From assembly GCA_044892525.1 (NCBI GenBank), contig CM097885.1, positions 140,058,001-140,122,000 on the forward strand: a DNA stretch of 64,000 nucleotides, written 5' to 3'. Origin of the DNA: Schmidtea polychroa (Eukaryota). Position numbers and translations under genes: made by a program. This document shows positions 15,101 to 29,800 of this stretch, piece after piece. A model generated the notes under the pieces. The model was given only the letters and a program-made list of their open reading frames with translations, made no database searches and was not told the DNA's origin. Position 1 is the first letter of the stretch; each line of letters begins with the position of its first letter.

Positions 15101-18100
15101 CGGGTTCATCAGATGGTATTTGGGAGCTGAGTTCCATATTTAAACGATATATAGTATCCTGTAGCAAATGTATTTCAGCTTTCGTCTGTTTGATTGAGGA
15201 CCTAGACTCTGTAATTAATCACGTATATAAAAATTTCAAAATGAATATAATTTTAAAATGAAATCAGGATGTCTGGAAACCTTAATTTAATTAAACAATT
15301 ATTTAATGTATTCTATTTAACAAATTATCATTGTTTTCCCCTTAAATAACAAGTATATCACTGTCACTACTAGGAATACCTTTCATTTCCAGTTCCAAAA
15401 TGCCTTTATATTATATGTATGTAGTATCGATTTCTATATTTGTCCATCAGTGTACTACAATTATTGGGTTCATCAAAGCCTTACTTTGACAGATTTAAAA
15501 TGAATGCATGTAGAAATCTATATTTTTTATATATTCTCGCTTTGATTTTTTTATCGGATTCTGATAAAAGTCACATTAGACTAGAACAGCGTTTCCCAAA
15601 CTTTTTTGACCACGGCCCGGTACGAGATTTTAACATTTTCGAGCCCCAAACTTTGGAAAACGCTGAACTAGAATATGTTCAATTGCACACTTATTGACAC
15701 TAACATAGGATTTTCTTGAACTTTGCTTGCAAAGTTTTTCCTCAAACACTTATACATCTTTCTTGATTACTTGATATAATACTTAGTCTGAATAGATATA
15801 AAAGTCTTTTCTAGAGTTAATAAAACTGTCAATTGCACTGTTGTGTTTTTTGAATATTTAAATAATATGTTATCTTGGTTTTATTTTTACCAATAAAATC
15901 AAATAATTTTCGAATGTTTAAAGTCGTTTCAAAGAAAATTTATTTTATACTCAATTTACCTGTGTTAAAAATTCATTAGCAGTTAAATCTACAAAGTTAT
16001 TATAGGTTTCAAAATAAGACAGAAAAAATAAACGAAATATGCAAATAAAGATAAAATGCACCCGTTAAAGAAAAACAAATACATATAAAGTTTTTAATGC
16101 GCAGTGTTTTCATACTTTTCTACTTTAAGGATAAATCGTAGGTCCCAGACTTTAAATTGGTAAACAATTAAAACATGTTAATATATTTTAAAAATATTAT
16201 TCTCTACATATATAAATAATCAGATTTAGCAATATATTCAAGTTGTTATTTCTATTCTTAAATATTTCTATTCTTGAATCAAATGTAACGGTTGTCACAT
16301 TTCCTTCCAATATCATGTTTTATCACATTTGAGGTAGTTATTTAAATAAAAATTATTTTCTTTCTAAAAATCTTATCTACTGACTATCTAAAGTATTATA
16401 TTATACAAACAAATGACGCGTAATTTTAAATTTTGATATTGATTTGAATTATGTTAAGGAGTTTTATTTTCTTTTTCTATTCTATTTTATTAGTAATGAC
16501 TAGTTAGTCATTTTGAAAAAGTTACAGTTTTGAAACTAGAGTTTACTTGATTTATGATATGTAATAATTTATTATTTCAGTAACTATTTTATTATAAAAT
16601 AAATGTTTATTACCATCGTTGATGAAATTAACCTTTTCAGAAGTAGAAAAATCAACCGTATTATATGAAGGTATATAATGATCTGAAATTTATTACTATA
16701 TTATTGGTAGGAAATTATATATAATATATACTTTGTATGTTATTTGAGGGTTGTTTCATATGATTATGATTTATATCTGGTTTATTTGATTTCGTATTAT
16801 GTCTCTTTTTTAATGATTCTTCCTTTTCCATAGATGCTTCGGGATCCATGTTGACTTGACAATTAGCATAACCATTGCCTAAAACATCTACATTAAAACA
16901 CTGTTTATTAGTTATTTGTTATATTTAAGAATAAATCATTCTTAGGTAAATAAATGAGATATTTCACTTACTTTCATTACGGTTATAAATAAAAATAAAT
17001 TATTTTATTCCTGTGTGACACAAAATTTGGCAATGCCTTTATCAAATGTTATTGAAGAATGCATTAACAAAATTTGTGTTACATGGAAATAAAATTGAAA
17101 AACCTTTGATTTATTGTCGCAACTCAGACAAGTCAAACTTCCAAAGATGTTATTCACAATTCAATTAAAAACAATTCATTAGAAGACCAAAATCAGATGC
17201 GATGTGGGATGTATCTTTCAAAAAACATGATATATACTTCTTCATTAAATTCAAACAAAAAATTTGAATTTAAATTGTTGAGGATATCTTAATAATAAAA
17301 ATTGAATAATTATAGTTAAATTAAACAAAATGATGGGGAATGTATAAAATAAAAGGTGTGGTTCCACAATCCTGGACAGTTGGAGCAAGTTGAAGAAATG
17401 AGAAAACAAAAGAGAAATGATAAAGAATTGAAAAAATCAAACAATCAAATAATGAAACATGGCAAGGTCATTTTTAATTAAAAAGTACAAAAGAAAGAAG
17501 GTAAAAACAAAACAAAATCGAAATTAAATTTTCATATCCCGATAGCCTGGTCGAGATAAGGAAAAGACATCACCTAGAAAGCCGGGAGAGGGTATTTTTA
17601 AAATATTACATATCTCGACTGCGGTCAGAGATATTAGACGAATTGAAGAGAACCAAACGAAATGTGACGGAAAAGATATTTAAATTGAAGTCAATATCAA
17701 TAAGTGCCACTAGATTGTAAAATATAAAAGGAAACACGGCTAGAATTCAAGGAGAGTTGAAAAGTGAAAAAATAGTTTGGGATAAACAAAAATGAGGTAG
17801 AATTTGAGAAGAAGACGAAAACAGAAATTGTAGAGAAAGGAAGATAATAAAATTAAAGCGAAACTAAACGTGAATTACAAAGTTACTGGAGAAGCAATTT
17901 AAAAAGATAAGGTTATTGAATAAATTCGAGTCGAAGCCAAGAAAGCAACTAGATAAAATCTACCGATTATTGAAACCAGAAACAGTAGTCAAGTGGTTAT
18001 GAGTTCCAAATTGTATTGAAACGTACCATTCTTCCCGAAGAGTTGTAATAAGCACTCGGTTGGTCATTGTAATAGATAATTCTTTGTGTCGCTGTGAATT

Positions 18101-20755
18101 GGTATTCACTTGTGTTAATCAATAAATTTTATATTGTCTGGAGATCGTTATTGTTATTAAAAAAGGCACACTTTGGAGGCAGATCAATAATTGATAATAT
18201 TTAATTTAACCGACAACCCCAACAAAATTAAATTACATTAAAGGTTTCATTAATTTTAGAAATTTATGATACGCTTATTATCTTCTAAAGTTTATAACTC
18301 TGTTAATATTTAAGTGCTTAAGAAAACCATAAGAACAAAACATAAGAACAACAATGATCTTTAATTTTTCAATACAAGACCCATTGTGGTTCACATACTT
18401 CCTCCGGTGATGCAAGATTTCCAAAAGAGCATTTTTGAAGAAAATTTGGCTTTGATTTTTCAAGAAAGGTTCCACATACTGTTTTCAATCTGTGGTGTTT
18501 TGGTAGATTTAACCTCTCAAATGATTCTTTATATGCCTGAATAGATAAAAGTAGATTATGCCACTTTGATCCCAAAAATTGTAAACATCAATGATTTTTG
18601 ATAACATGTTCCAGATCTCATCTTCCTGGAATTCACTTTTTTAAGGAATTTCCATTCGCTGAACTTAAGCTTTGTCTCAGGAACATACAGGTATACAGGG
18701 GTTTCATCCATAGAAACAATATTTATGATAAATCTTAGAAGAAAGAAAACATTGGACGAATCGGGATGCCATTTTTTTACGTCAGATCCATTCATAATGA
18801 CTTAAGATATTTATATTCAACCACTACGAGATATCATTGACAGTGATTCCGTGTTCTTCCTTCACAATTTTCAAAAATTCACCTATTTTTTTGGTCTTAA
18901 ATTTCACAAGGACGACCAACTTTCTCATTATTAAATACTGACAGGTACCATGTTTTAATTGGTTAAAATCTAATTATAGATTATGGTACGAGATGTGTAT
19001 ATATTGCCATAAGTTGTCTGCAAGCGATTCCATATTTGCTTAAACTTATCACCACGCAAAACAACAAATTTAATCACACTTCAATACTCGACAGGATGTC
19101 GCGTGATTAGATAATTAAATTGAAAGTGTGCTTTCCCACGCTGCTATGCAGGTGAAAATTAAAACAAACCATAGTTAATATATTATGATTTCACTATATT
19201 TCATTAACCCTTTGACGACGAATTTTAAAAAATGAAATTTCTGTAATTTTAACGATAGAAATCAGCTATATAGCTTGTTTAAAACGTGTATTGTTATTTA
19301 TTATGGGTGTCCGGGTACATTTTGAACACACCATGTACATGATTATGGTAAATTGCTTATGATAATTATTCTTCTGTTCTCTAAGTTAGGGTTAGTTTTA
19401 GCATTCAAGTGAGGGTTGATATTAGATTTATGGCTATATTAGGGATAGGATTTAGGTAGAAATCAGATTGTTAAATAAACCTCTATTCATACATAAAAAT
19501 CCCTAAACTTTATTCGTACTATATTACAATTATTAGATTTTTTACTATTTTATTTTGTACTTTTAATAAGACCTATGTGGTGAACGCAATGTTTAGAAAA
19601 TAAATTAAATTAATTATTTTTGGCGCTACACAAAATTTGAATTAAAAATAATGTATTTAGAAAAATTAATTTTGCAAGTTACGCGTTTTTCGTATTTAAT
19701 TTATTATTTATTTCCAGTTTTTATATCATGACTTCAAATCAGCAACATGTACGTATCCTGAGTGACAGAAATCGGGAACAAAAGTAAGAACAACAACACC
19801 TTATAAAAATCAGTAGCACAAACGTTTGTGATAAAGTAGCGTGACAAATGTAAAAAATAATATAGATAAGTGCAATAAATGTAATGTTAAATGCTTATTT
19901 GACTGTTTCAAAAACTTTCTTAAAGTATTAAAGTATTAATTATTCAATTTTGTTTCAATTATTATGAAAATTGAATGAAACTTTATTGCAAAAATAACCA
20001 AAATGTTAATAACGATTTAGGCTTATTAAATTTATTTTCTCAAATTTTAAAGAATCATATCAAGAGATTACTTTGTCCAGAGTTTTGTTGAATATGGGAC
20101 TCGTATTTTTTTGAGGGATACGAATTGTTGGTTTCTTTCGTAACATATTCAAAGCCAATGGAAACGGATTTTGGTTGAAGGGAACTTTTATTAACGTTAT
20201 AAATTTCTTCATTTGAAACGGCTAAACAAGAAAATAGTAAATTATTTTACTTTGATGTCTTTACAATNNNNNNNNNNNNNNNNNNNNNNNNNNNNNNNNN
20301 NNNNNNNNNNNNNNNNNNNNNNNNNNNNNNNNNNNNNNNNNNNNNNNNNNNNNNNNNNNNNNNNNNNNNNNNNNNNNNNNNNNNNNNNNNNNNNNNNNAT
20401 CAGGAAAATAAAAAATAATAGAAGCTTGTTAAACATGTATCAGAACATAATAATAGATAAATCATACGTATTTGTTCTAAATCAGATATAGAAGGCTTTC
20501 CGTAGATGCTGTTGCCGATTTCATCAATCTGTATATCATCTACCCTATCTGTTATGTATCATATAGATGACTTCTCAGTTGTGAGTGTTAGATTTACTTT
20601 TATTGCTAGCTTCATGTTGATAACCATTCACTGAAGGCTGGAAAAAACTTTCAACGTTATTATCATTTTCCGAAGATATTTCTGAATCAGAAATGACTTT
20701 TGGAATCTCGTCAATTTCATGAGAGGACAGGCCTGCAACAATTTCATAAATAACG

Positions 20756-20812
<57 letters not shown>

Positions 20813-23401
20813 TAATTATTAAAAATAAATTTTGGTTTTTGGATGACTAGCTCCAATGAAAGTTTATAAAATGATATTCAATACAATTTCAAATTTCAGA
20901 TTATTTTCGAGTTCTATTGGCTGTTTTATCACCGAACCCTAGAATTTTATTTTTGAATATATTCAATTTTATCATTAGATTCCATGGATGTTATTACAAA
21001 CTTCAATTTTGTTGACACCTATTTAGTTACACAGGCGTGATATGAGTTGCTTAAACGCCTAGTTTGTAGAATATTAAATGTATTTATATAAGAGCGGCAG
21101 AAAATTTGTGATATTTGATGTGACCTGAATAGTCAATTTCTGAGATTTGGTAACAATGTTACGGAGTACTATTTCAGGTAGGAGTGTTTCTTACACGGTA
21201 TCAATGAAAGCAAAATAAACTCGAAAATAACCTGCTATTATGAATCACATCGAATATTATTTTACAAGTTTAAATTAATCAATTAATTAATTAATGATAA
21301 TAATTATAATAAAAATAATAATTAAAATAATAATAGTTATTACGGGTATAACTTATTTAATTCGATCCTAGTTTAATTCGATGTTCCTCTTTAATTCGAT
21401 TTTTATAAAGGTATCTTGATATTCTCATTTAAAATTACATTGATAATTCGATTACCTTAACAAATCGATCAGTCTTTAATTCGAATTCTTTTTATTAAAA
21501 AAATCAAATCAAAGTACCCATTTAATTCGATCTCATTTTTTAGAATTAATTTAAATTTAAAAAAATCATTAAGATTTCAAAATGGTACGAAATATAAAAT
21601 ACAAAACTTTAACTTTAAATCAAAATCTGTCCGATGGACAAAGCATTAAAAATGTTGCAGAAAAGTACGGTGTTCCAGCAAATACATTATCAGCAATCCA
21701 TAAGAAAAAAGAAAAATTAAAAAATGTGCTAGATGATAATCCATTCTTAATAAAAAGAAAAATAATGAGGACAGGAAAATTTGATATGGTAAATAGTGCT
21801 GTCAGGAGCTTTGTTTCAGAAGCCAGAAATAATAATATTCCTTTAAATGGAAATATGATTAGAGAGAAAGCCAAGCAATATGGATTAGCATTAAATTGTG
21901 ATACGTTTAGAGCTAATAATGAATGGCTCTATGGTTTTAAAAAAAGATGGAATAAAATGGCGTTGTTTGACTGGCGATGCAGCAGGTTGAGACAAAAATG
22001 TAGCAAACAATTGGATTAAAACTATATTGAAACTACTTTTTCAGATCTACAATGAAAATGATATTTTTAATGGGGATGAAACCGGTCTTTTTTTAAATGC
22101 CTTCTGGGTAAATCATTTGTGTTACAAGGAAAGTGTTAAAATGAGAGAACAGTAAGGAAAGAATAACCATAATGCTTTGTGCTAATATGCCAAGGACCGA
22201 AAAAATTAAACCGTTGGTTATTGGTAAGCCGAGACGTCAACATTGTTTTAAAAATGTCAATTCACAGCCAGTGGTTTATGATTATAACAAAAAGGCGTGG
22301 ATGAATTCATCCATTTTTGCTAAATGGTTAATGAATTTGGACGTAGAATTTGGGAAGCAAAATCGAAAAGTTTTGTTTTTCTTCGATAATTGCTCAACCC
22401 ATAGAAAAGATGATATCCAATTGGAATTCTTCCCTCCTAACCTAAGAGCGCTTCCTCAATCAACGGATATGGGTATTATCAGATGCTTAAAAGTACGCTA
22501 CAGAAATGGAGTAATAAAAGAAATCCTTAGGTTTATTGAGAAAAAGGAAAATTGGCCCAAAATTACCTTATTAGATTGCATAAAACGAATTTCGAAAATA
22601 TGGGCAGTAGACATCTCTCCTACAACAATCAAAAACTGTTTTAGGAAGTCTGGATTCTATGATGACGATTTCAATGATGACGATGATAATATTCCGTTAA
22701 TAAATATTATTGAAGCAACGGAAACAAATTATATTTCACATTGGCTAATATCCAATTTCAGAGAAGAATTTACGGATTATCTGGATTGTGATGTTAATGT
22801 TGTGTGTGGAGATATGATGACGGATGAAGATATCATTGAAAACGTACAGAATCAGTCAATGTCTATCAGTAATATACCTGAGGATAGCATTGGCGTGGAA
22901 GTGGATGAAACGAATTTGCTTTTGAATTCTCATTTGTGACAAATTCAGAAATGGTCGACTGTATTCAAAAGTTAAGAAATGGAATGATACAGCGATCTTC
23001 TGTACCACAAAGATTTTTCAATACGCTCAATGAAATGGATGTTTTTTTTAGAATCGAATTAAATGTTCTGTGGCAAATTATTTTTAATTTTGTACTTTTA
23101 ATAAATTTGTTTTAAAAATGTAACATGTTTTTGAAATTTGCCTACTACGGTCTAATAATATTATTAGACTTAGTAGTCACAGATATAAAAATATTTCCCT
23201 GTTTAAGTCGATTAATTTTTAAGGTCTCTTGGAGAATCGAATTAAACAAGTTATACCCGTACTATGTTAATGTGTTAGTGAACTAATATTTTAGCTCATG
23301 CATTAGTTCATTGTTAAAATATTACTTATTTTTTTATCAAATTTAATCAACTTCTTTGAATTCCACGGTTTTGAGAAATCTTTTACAGGTCCTTGTCGAA
23401 A

Positions 23402-23432
<31 letters not shown>

Positions 23433-26400
23433 TAAAATAAAAGAATTTAATAAAATTTATAAAAAAAAATATACAAATAAGTCACCTCTTTCATATTCCT
23501 TAGAAACTATTATTTCGTGATTTGGTTTCACTATCGAATAAACAGGATCGCCTTCATCGCTTGATGTTTCTAATAATTTAAATAAAGAAACCTGAATTAA
23601 GGAATATGTTTAAAGACATAGAGCTAGTAACATAGCATTGTGGATAGTTTTTTATGTTTTCTAGTAAAACCACTTAGTTTTTGTTTATTTTTTCTTATAT
23701 AGAATTTCATCTATAATCATTGTGTCATAGTTGTCAGAGGTCGACAAGCTGTGGTTCCGCAATGAAGATTGTGCAACACCAATATATATTAGAACTATTT
23801 AAATGCTATCCTACCTTATCACAACCAATCGCGACCTTAAAACAATGGAGATGGAAAAGGTTTTTAAAACTTACAATGGATAAGGAAATAGCGATTCCTA
23901 TATAAAAAAATTTGATGCTTGTAACCTAACTCAAAAAGATGGATGATCTGCCATCCGTCTTCTCATTGCTACTTGAAGTCAATGTCTTTATCGTTTTACG
24001 ATCTGCTATTGGAGAAGGAAAAGAATTCGTTGATTCCATCGAAATGGCTTTATTGAATGCGTTCTCATTGGATCCTTTCCAAGCAATTGAGGCCTTTCGT
24101 CAGAGGTCCTGGAATAACGAGACAGTGGATGAGTAACTAGCCGACATCCAACGCTTAGCTACACTAGCAAACATTTTCGAGGAAAAACTAATAAAGAAAG
24201 CGTTTGTTGTTGGATTACCTAATGTTTTCGGACAGCTAAGGGCCTCTACGAAGATGTCTGATCTCGAGTTGTCTGAGATTATGAAGCAAACTCAGGCGTT
24301 AATGGCGGACAATTCAGAGGGCACCGGATTAGTAGCAGTTGGTCGTTATAAACCCCTTAAATGCTTTTACAGCGGAACCCCAGCCACATTTAAAAAGAAT
24401 GCACAAATCTCGGAGGCATAAGATGCTGGAATTGTGATAAATTGGGACGCATGTTAAAACAATGCTCAATCCAGTTCTCGAGAATCGCTATAGGAGAAAC
24501 TGTAGCGCCAGGCAGTGTCTGAAGTCATCAATAACAAGTGTTCTTAAACGATTGTTTCCAGAAGATTTGCTAGTAATGCAGTCGGTTTGATAAATATCCT
24601 TTTGGTAGACATTGGGAAGGGCGATGTACGGGGGAACTGTCGTTCTCTATCCCGATTCGGGGAGATTCCAAGTGATTAAAATATTTAATTCTAGAAAAAC
24701 TTATGAGTGTGGTTATCGGCTTGGATGCGATCAGTCTTTTTGGAGATGTTGCGGTTACGGAAGACTGGGTTCAATTCGTTATCTGATGAATGTTTCAACC
24801 TATCAATTTTTGTTAGGAGAGGATGATTTCCAAGCCGTATTTGACGGAAACCGTTGGACTATTAGTGTGGTGCTGAAAAGACAAGCCAGTCCTTTTAAAA
24901 AATCGCATGTCTTTCTCTTCGTGATGACTACCAAAGAGATCTAAACAGGTAGATCTTAAAAGGTTGGCTCGTTCTAGCGAATCCCTAAGACAAATTTGGC
25001 ATTCTGACTCTTTTTACTGTTGAGCAGGAAAATAATGGTAAGGTTGTACGCACAGTAACAGCTTAAAAGTGTTCCGAAAATCGTGTACATTTGATGGTCG
25101 TGTTGCATGGAGCTATTATCTACCTACTTTTCATTGCTATGGTTTTATTAAAGATTTTTTAATTGTGTGGTAGTTATTGACATGAAGGGTGAAGGATTCA
25201 AAACTGTTAAAGGGTTGTTAATATTTTTATTATCATACATTATAAATATGGTAAAGATTTAAAAATTATATTAGCAATCAAAATCTTCCAACCTTTACTG
25301 TGAGTTACATTAGAAGCAGTTTGTTTTACTTCGTTATATAAACCATTGGCTATTTCAATGTGGCGCTTTGATTCCTGTAAGAACACCATTATGAATTACC
25401 ATTTTCTAATTCGACCATACTTTATTATTGTTTGTTTGAATTGGTGGTTTCTTTAAAGACTTGTCTTTTGTTTTCTTTCGACTCTGAATGATTTTTATTT
25501 AGGAAAAACATAAATAGTTTCAAATTGTTATCCATTCATTTTCATTTGACTATATTCATTAAAAAATTGACTATGAATCACTAAAGATATCGATGTTTAT
25601 TCACGAATTTTAGGCACATTATAATGGTGATTGAAAAAGAATATAATATCGGGTATAAAATCCTGACATGGAAAAGATGTATTGACATTTTGATAGTCTC
25701 CATGGTACCTCTTAATATCATATTATCCCATGCAAACCCCAACAACACAAATATACAAGTCATTCTTGAACTAGCTAACTCTGAAGGAAAATTTCTTTAT
25801 TAGATACCTTGAGATGTTCCTCTGAAGGACCAAAAAACTGATTTATAGTAAATTTTTTAATAAATACAATGTCTATATATACATGTGCGCAAAAAACGAT
25901 TACAGCATACCTTTTTTTTATTTTTGTCAGTTTCCCTTTAATTTATTCCCCATAGCTCATTCGAAATAATAAAAAAAATTATCAAATCTTTAGAAACTAT
26001 AAATAATGCCAAAGCGGATGTTTCAGTTCCAAGAAAACCTCGTTTCATTCACAGAGTCATCTATTGGTTGACATACAAAGTGTTTTCAGCCAATCAAATG
26101 TGATCATGAATTCTATTTGATACAATACATATGTGAATGTAGAAGATGTTGAAGCCTCTACAGTCTGCCCAAGATTCTCACCAAAAGGCGCACAACTGGC
26201 TCAGTATCTCGACTGAAGGAAGTGGAAGAACGCGAAAGACAACTGCCAGAGAGAACCGCATCGTCAAATGTGTGACATTAGGCAATCGAAAAACTAACAC
26301 ATAGGATCCAGCAGCTGCAAAACTGACCACCACAATCACCAGATTTAAATCCCATAGAGCAGGGTTTCTTAAACTTTCGGGGTCGCGAAATTTTTATATA

Positions 26401-26782
26401 AAATATCCAAATACATAAAATTGCATAATTGTCGTATGTTTTCCTACTCATTAGGCAAATGGAAATTTGTCCGTAGTGACCAACTCTGAAACGTCAATTT
26501 TGTCATATGTATTTATATTATTACTTAATTAATAAATCTTCACAAAAAATTTATATATCTTTATTTTAAATTATAAGAGGTCGCAAAAAAGGTTTACAAT
26601 CATTAATGGGGTCGCGAATGAAAAAAGTTTAAGAAGCACTGCCATAGAGAATTTGTGGGATTATTGTGACCGACAGCTCCGGAAGCAACAGTTCAAAAAT
26701 GTGGATGAGATGTGGATGAAACTCAGAGAGATCTGGTACAATTTACCACTCGAATTTCGTCAAAGCTTCGTAAAATCAATCC

Positions 26783-26841
<59 letters not shown>

Positions 26842-29800
26842 ATTGACTATATAGCGCAGAAACTAGTCAGGTGCAATAGGAGCACATGCGCAAAGCCCAG
26901 GAGGTCGGAGGGGCCTGAAATTTTTACGTCCTGACATTTTTACATTAGAACCGTACCAACTGTAACCCTTGAGGGAAAAATATAAAATACTGAAATCAAT
27001 ATTAATTCACACCACCTAATATATATTAGGAAAATAATAGGTTGCTAATTTGCTGTATAAGATGTTCTTATTCAGCAAGATTTTATTGTTATCTGTTATA
27101 CATTGTATTGTCATTATTACATTAAGATTTTGATAAAATGAAAGCCACAAAAATACAATTAAATAATTAATCTTAAATTATGTAACTATTTAATTATTTT
27201 TGTATTCTAAAAGATTTCTTATAAATCTTTAAGTACAATTAAATTATTAATATATATTTCATATCATATTTGTAGTATTATTACTTTTTCACAAAAAAAT
27301 ATTGAACAGGGCACTGGAAAAGCTGGTTACAATTTATACAGAAAAGGCCGCCGAATAAAAGTAAAAGAATCTTTTTTGATTTTTTTATCTTTTCTATCTA
27401 ACAACACAAACTAAACAATAAAATCACTAACAAATACGGTAATATGTTGTTTATTCTTTATCTAATATTCAAAGTATTTGATTTTATACAGGAAACTTAT
27501 AATTTCTAATATATATAACGTATATTACCAAATAGTATCACTACACCTAATAGTATCATTAATACTATATTTAGTGATACTATTTAAATAATATCACCAT
27601 ATTAAAACATTGTATATGGAGTGTATATGGAGTGGAGTTCTGTAAGGCGTGGATTTCTTCAAACACCGAATCCCGATTAAATAACGAGTCTATACTTGAT
27701 GAAAATGATTATTATGAGGACGTTGAGTATTTGGATGATGATGATGAATAAATTTTTGATAATTATCTAAACTTATTTTTTATTAAAATGACCAAAGCAC
27801 TGAATAATATCACTATACTAACTCTAATATCTAATATATTTTTTTTTGGTGATATTATTTTTATAGTATCACTGATACNNNNNNNNNNNNNNNNNNNNNN
27901 NNNNNNNNNNNNNNNNNNNNNNNNNNNNNNNNNNNNNNNNNNNNNNNNNNNNNNNNNNNNNNNNNNNNNNNNNNNNNNNNNNNNNNNNNNNNNNNNNNNN
28001 NNNNNNNNNNNNNNNNNAATTACGAGTATGTCAGTACATGTGCAAATAATTAAGAACTTAAATATTTATACTTTTTATAGTTGATAAATAAAATGCCACC
28101 TAATAGAGCTAAAATTGAAATTTTGCTATTTGTCAGTTAAATATATAAATAGTAATAAATATATTATAAGAACTATATATAATATAAATAGTTAAACATA
28201 CATGGCAATGATTTAATTATAAGATAACGCCAATCAAACATTCTTTTCACGATATATTTCGACAGTTTTCCTGTCATCATCAGGTGGGATATAATAACTA
28301 TATAAATTAATTTACATAGTTATTATATCCCACCTGATGATGACAGGAAAACTGTCTAACTATATCGTGAAAAGAATATATATAATATATTAAATTTTTA
28401 CGCCATAATAATAACAAAACCTTGTACTAGCGGGTAGATCAATCAATTCCAGTGGTGAATATATATATATATATATTATTATTATTATTATTTTCATATA
28501 CAAATTCATTTATTTTCAGAGTTTCATGTTGACTACATTGACAACATTTCAGCGAAAATCACAGCAAAATATTCATAAAACCAATTAAATTACTTCTATC
28601 TTGTTATTAAATAAATTTACCTCTCCCCCTTGACAGAAAAGATATACAAACCGGTCAGTTATTATGGGAAACGTACATACGTATATTGGAAGTTAACCAT
28701 TCACTTAAAACAATCATGTATTTTGCCCTGGGCCAGGAACCGTACGTAGAATAAGTGAGTAATTTTAAATAGAGATTCGAAGCATTTATTACCAAGCTTC
28801 CGAAAAAGCAGAGATCAATTATGGACTTTTTGACAAAAAACAAAAAACAAGTGATTATAACTTAGCGGTTTTATTTTTTTATATTCCTTTATATTATTGA
28901 ATTATGTACCAATCCTCATCTTCTATGTTAGGAAATAAATTGACAACTATCCAGCTATCCAGAATTGGTTAAGTGCCATATAAACTGCTGTCATAACAAT
29001 GAAATGAAATGTTATTCATTTTTATTCTATATTAAATCAGCGATAAACAAATAATACGGCAAAAACAATCTATTTGACATAAATCGTATGAATTGTGGCC
29101 CTCTTATCAAATCCAACTTAAGCGGGCACGACTGTATAAAGGAATTTATGATGAGTATAACGACAGTAAATTTATGCATTCTTATATCATATAATAGTCT
29201 GCATTTTGGGAGATATGAAACCCAGATAAAATAAGGGAAATAAAAGTGAGACGAGAGGAAGGCTGATAGAGTATAAATAATTATACCAAATGCCGAATGA
29301 CCTTAAAATGTTGCCATAGTAATAATTAGAAATAATTACAATAAAATATAATCAAATTAAAAAAATATATATTTTACTCGAATTGACTGGGAATTTTTCA
29401 GATCTATAAATTGAAAAATATCTTTGTAAAACTAAAACGAAAAATGACAATTATCTCACTTGTTTGTAAATCTTCTTGGGATCTGACAAAATTCATTTTA
29501 AATTGTAAAATTAAAATAATTAAAAAATCATAAAAATATTTATTATAAATTAACTGACTTCATAATGGATGTTTTTCGCATGCTGAATAATGTTGAAATA
29601 TTGAATATAGTTATATAATTATAAAACCTTAATTTTGATGATTTTTTCTTGTTTTCTTTTGGGATTTCATTTTTGTCAATACTCTCTTGACTCAAACCTA
29701 ACAAACTGGAATTAAGAGTGCTAGTTAATAAGTTATTCTGTGATTCATCTAGATTTGGAAATTCTGAAGAAGTAGTTGGGTTTATAACAAATGCCGCTGA

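Noticed and set aside
17290-18100. Purine-rich stretch resembling an LTR
   Set aside because: No TG...CA boundaries, TSD or second copy identified.
19204-19230. piggyBac-like end TTAA-CCCTTTGACGACG
   Set aside because: No partner end or transposase found; cannot delimit an element.
19380-19460. TTAGGG-like words as an interstitial telomere
   Set aside because: Only scattered degenerate units, not a tandem array.
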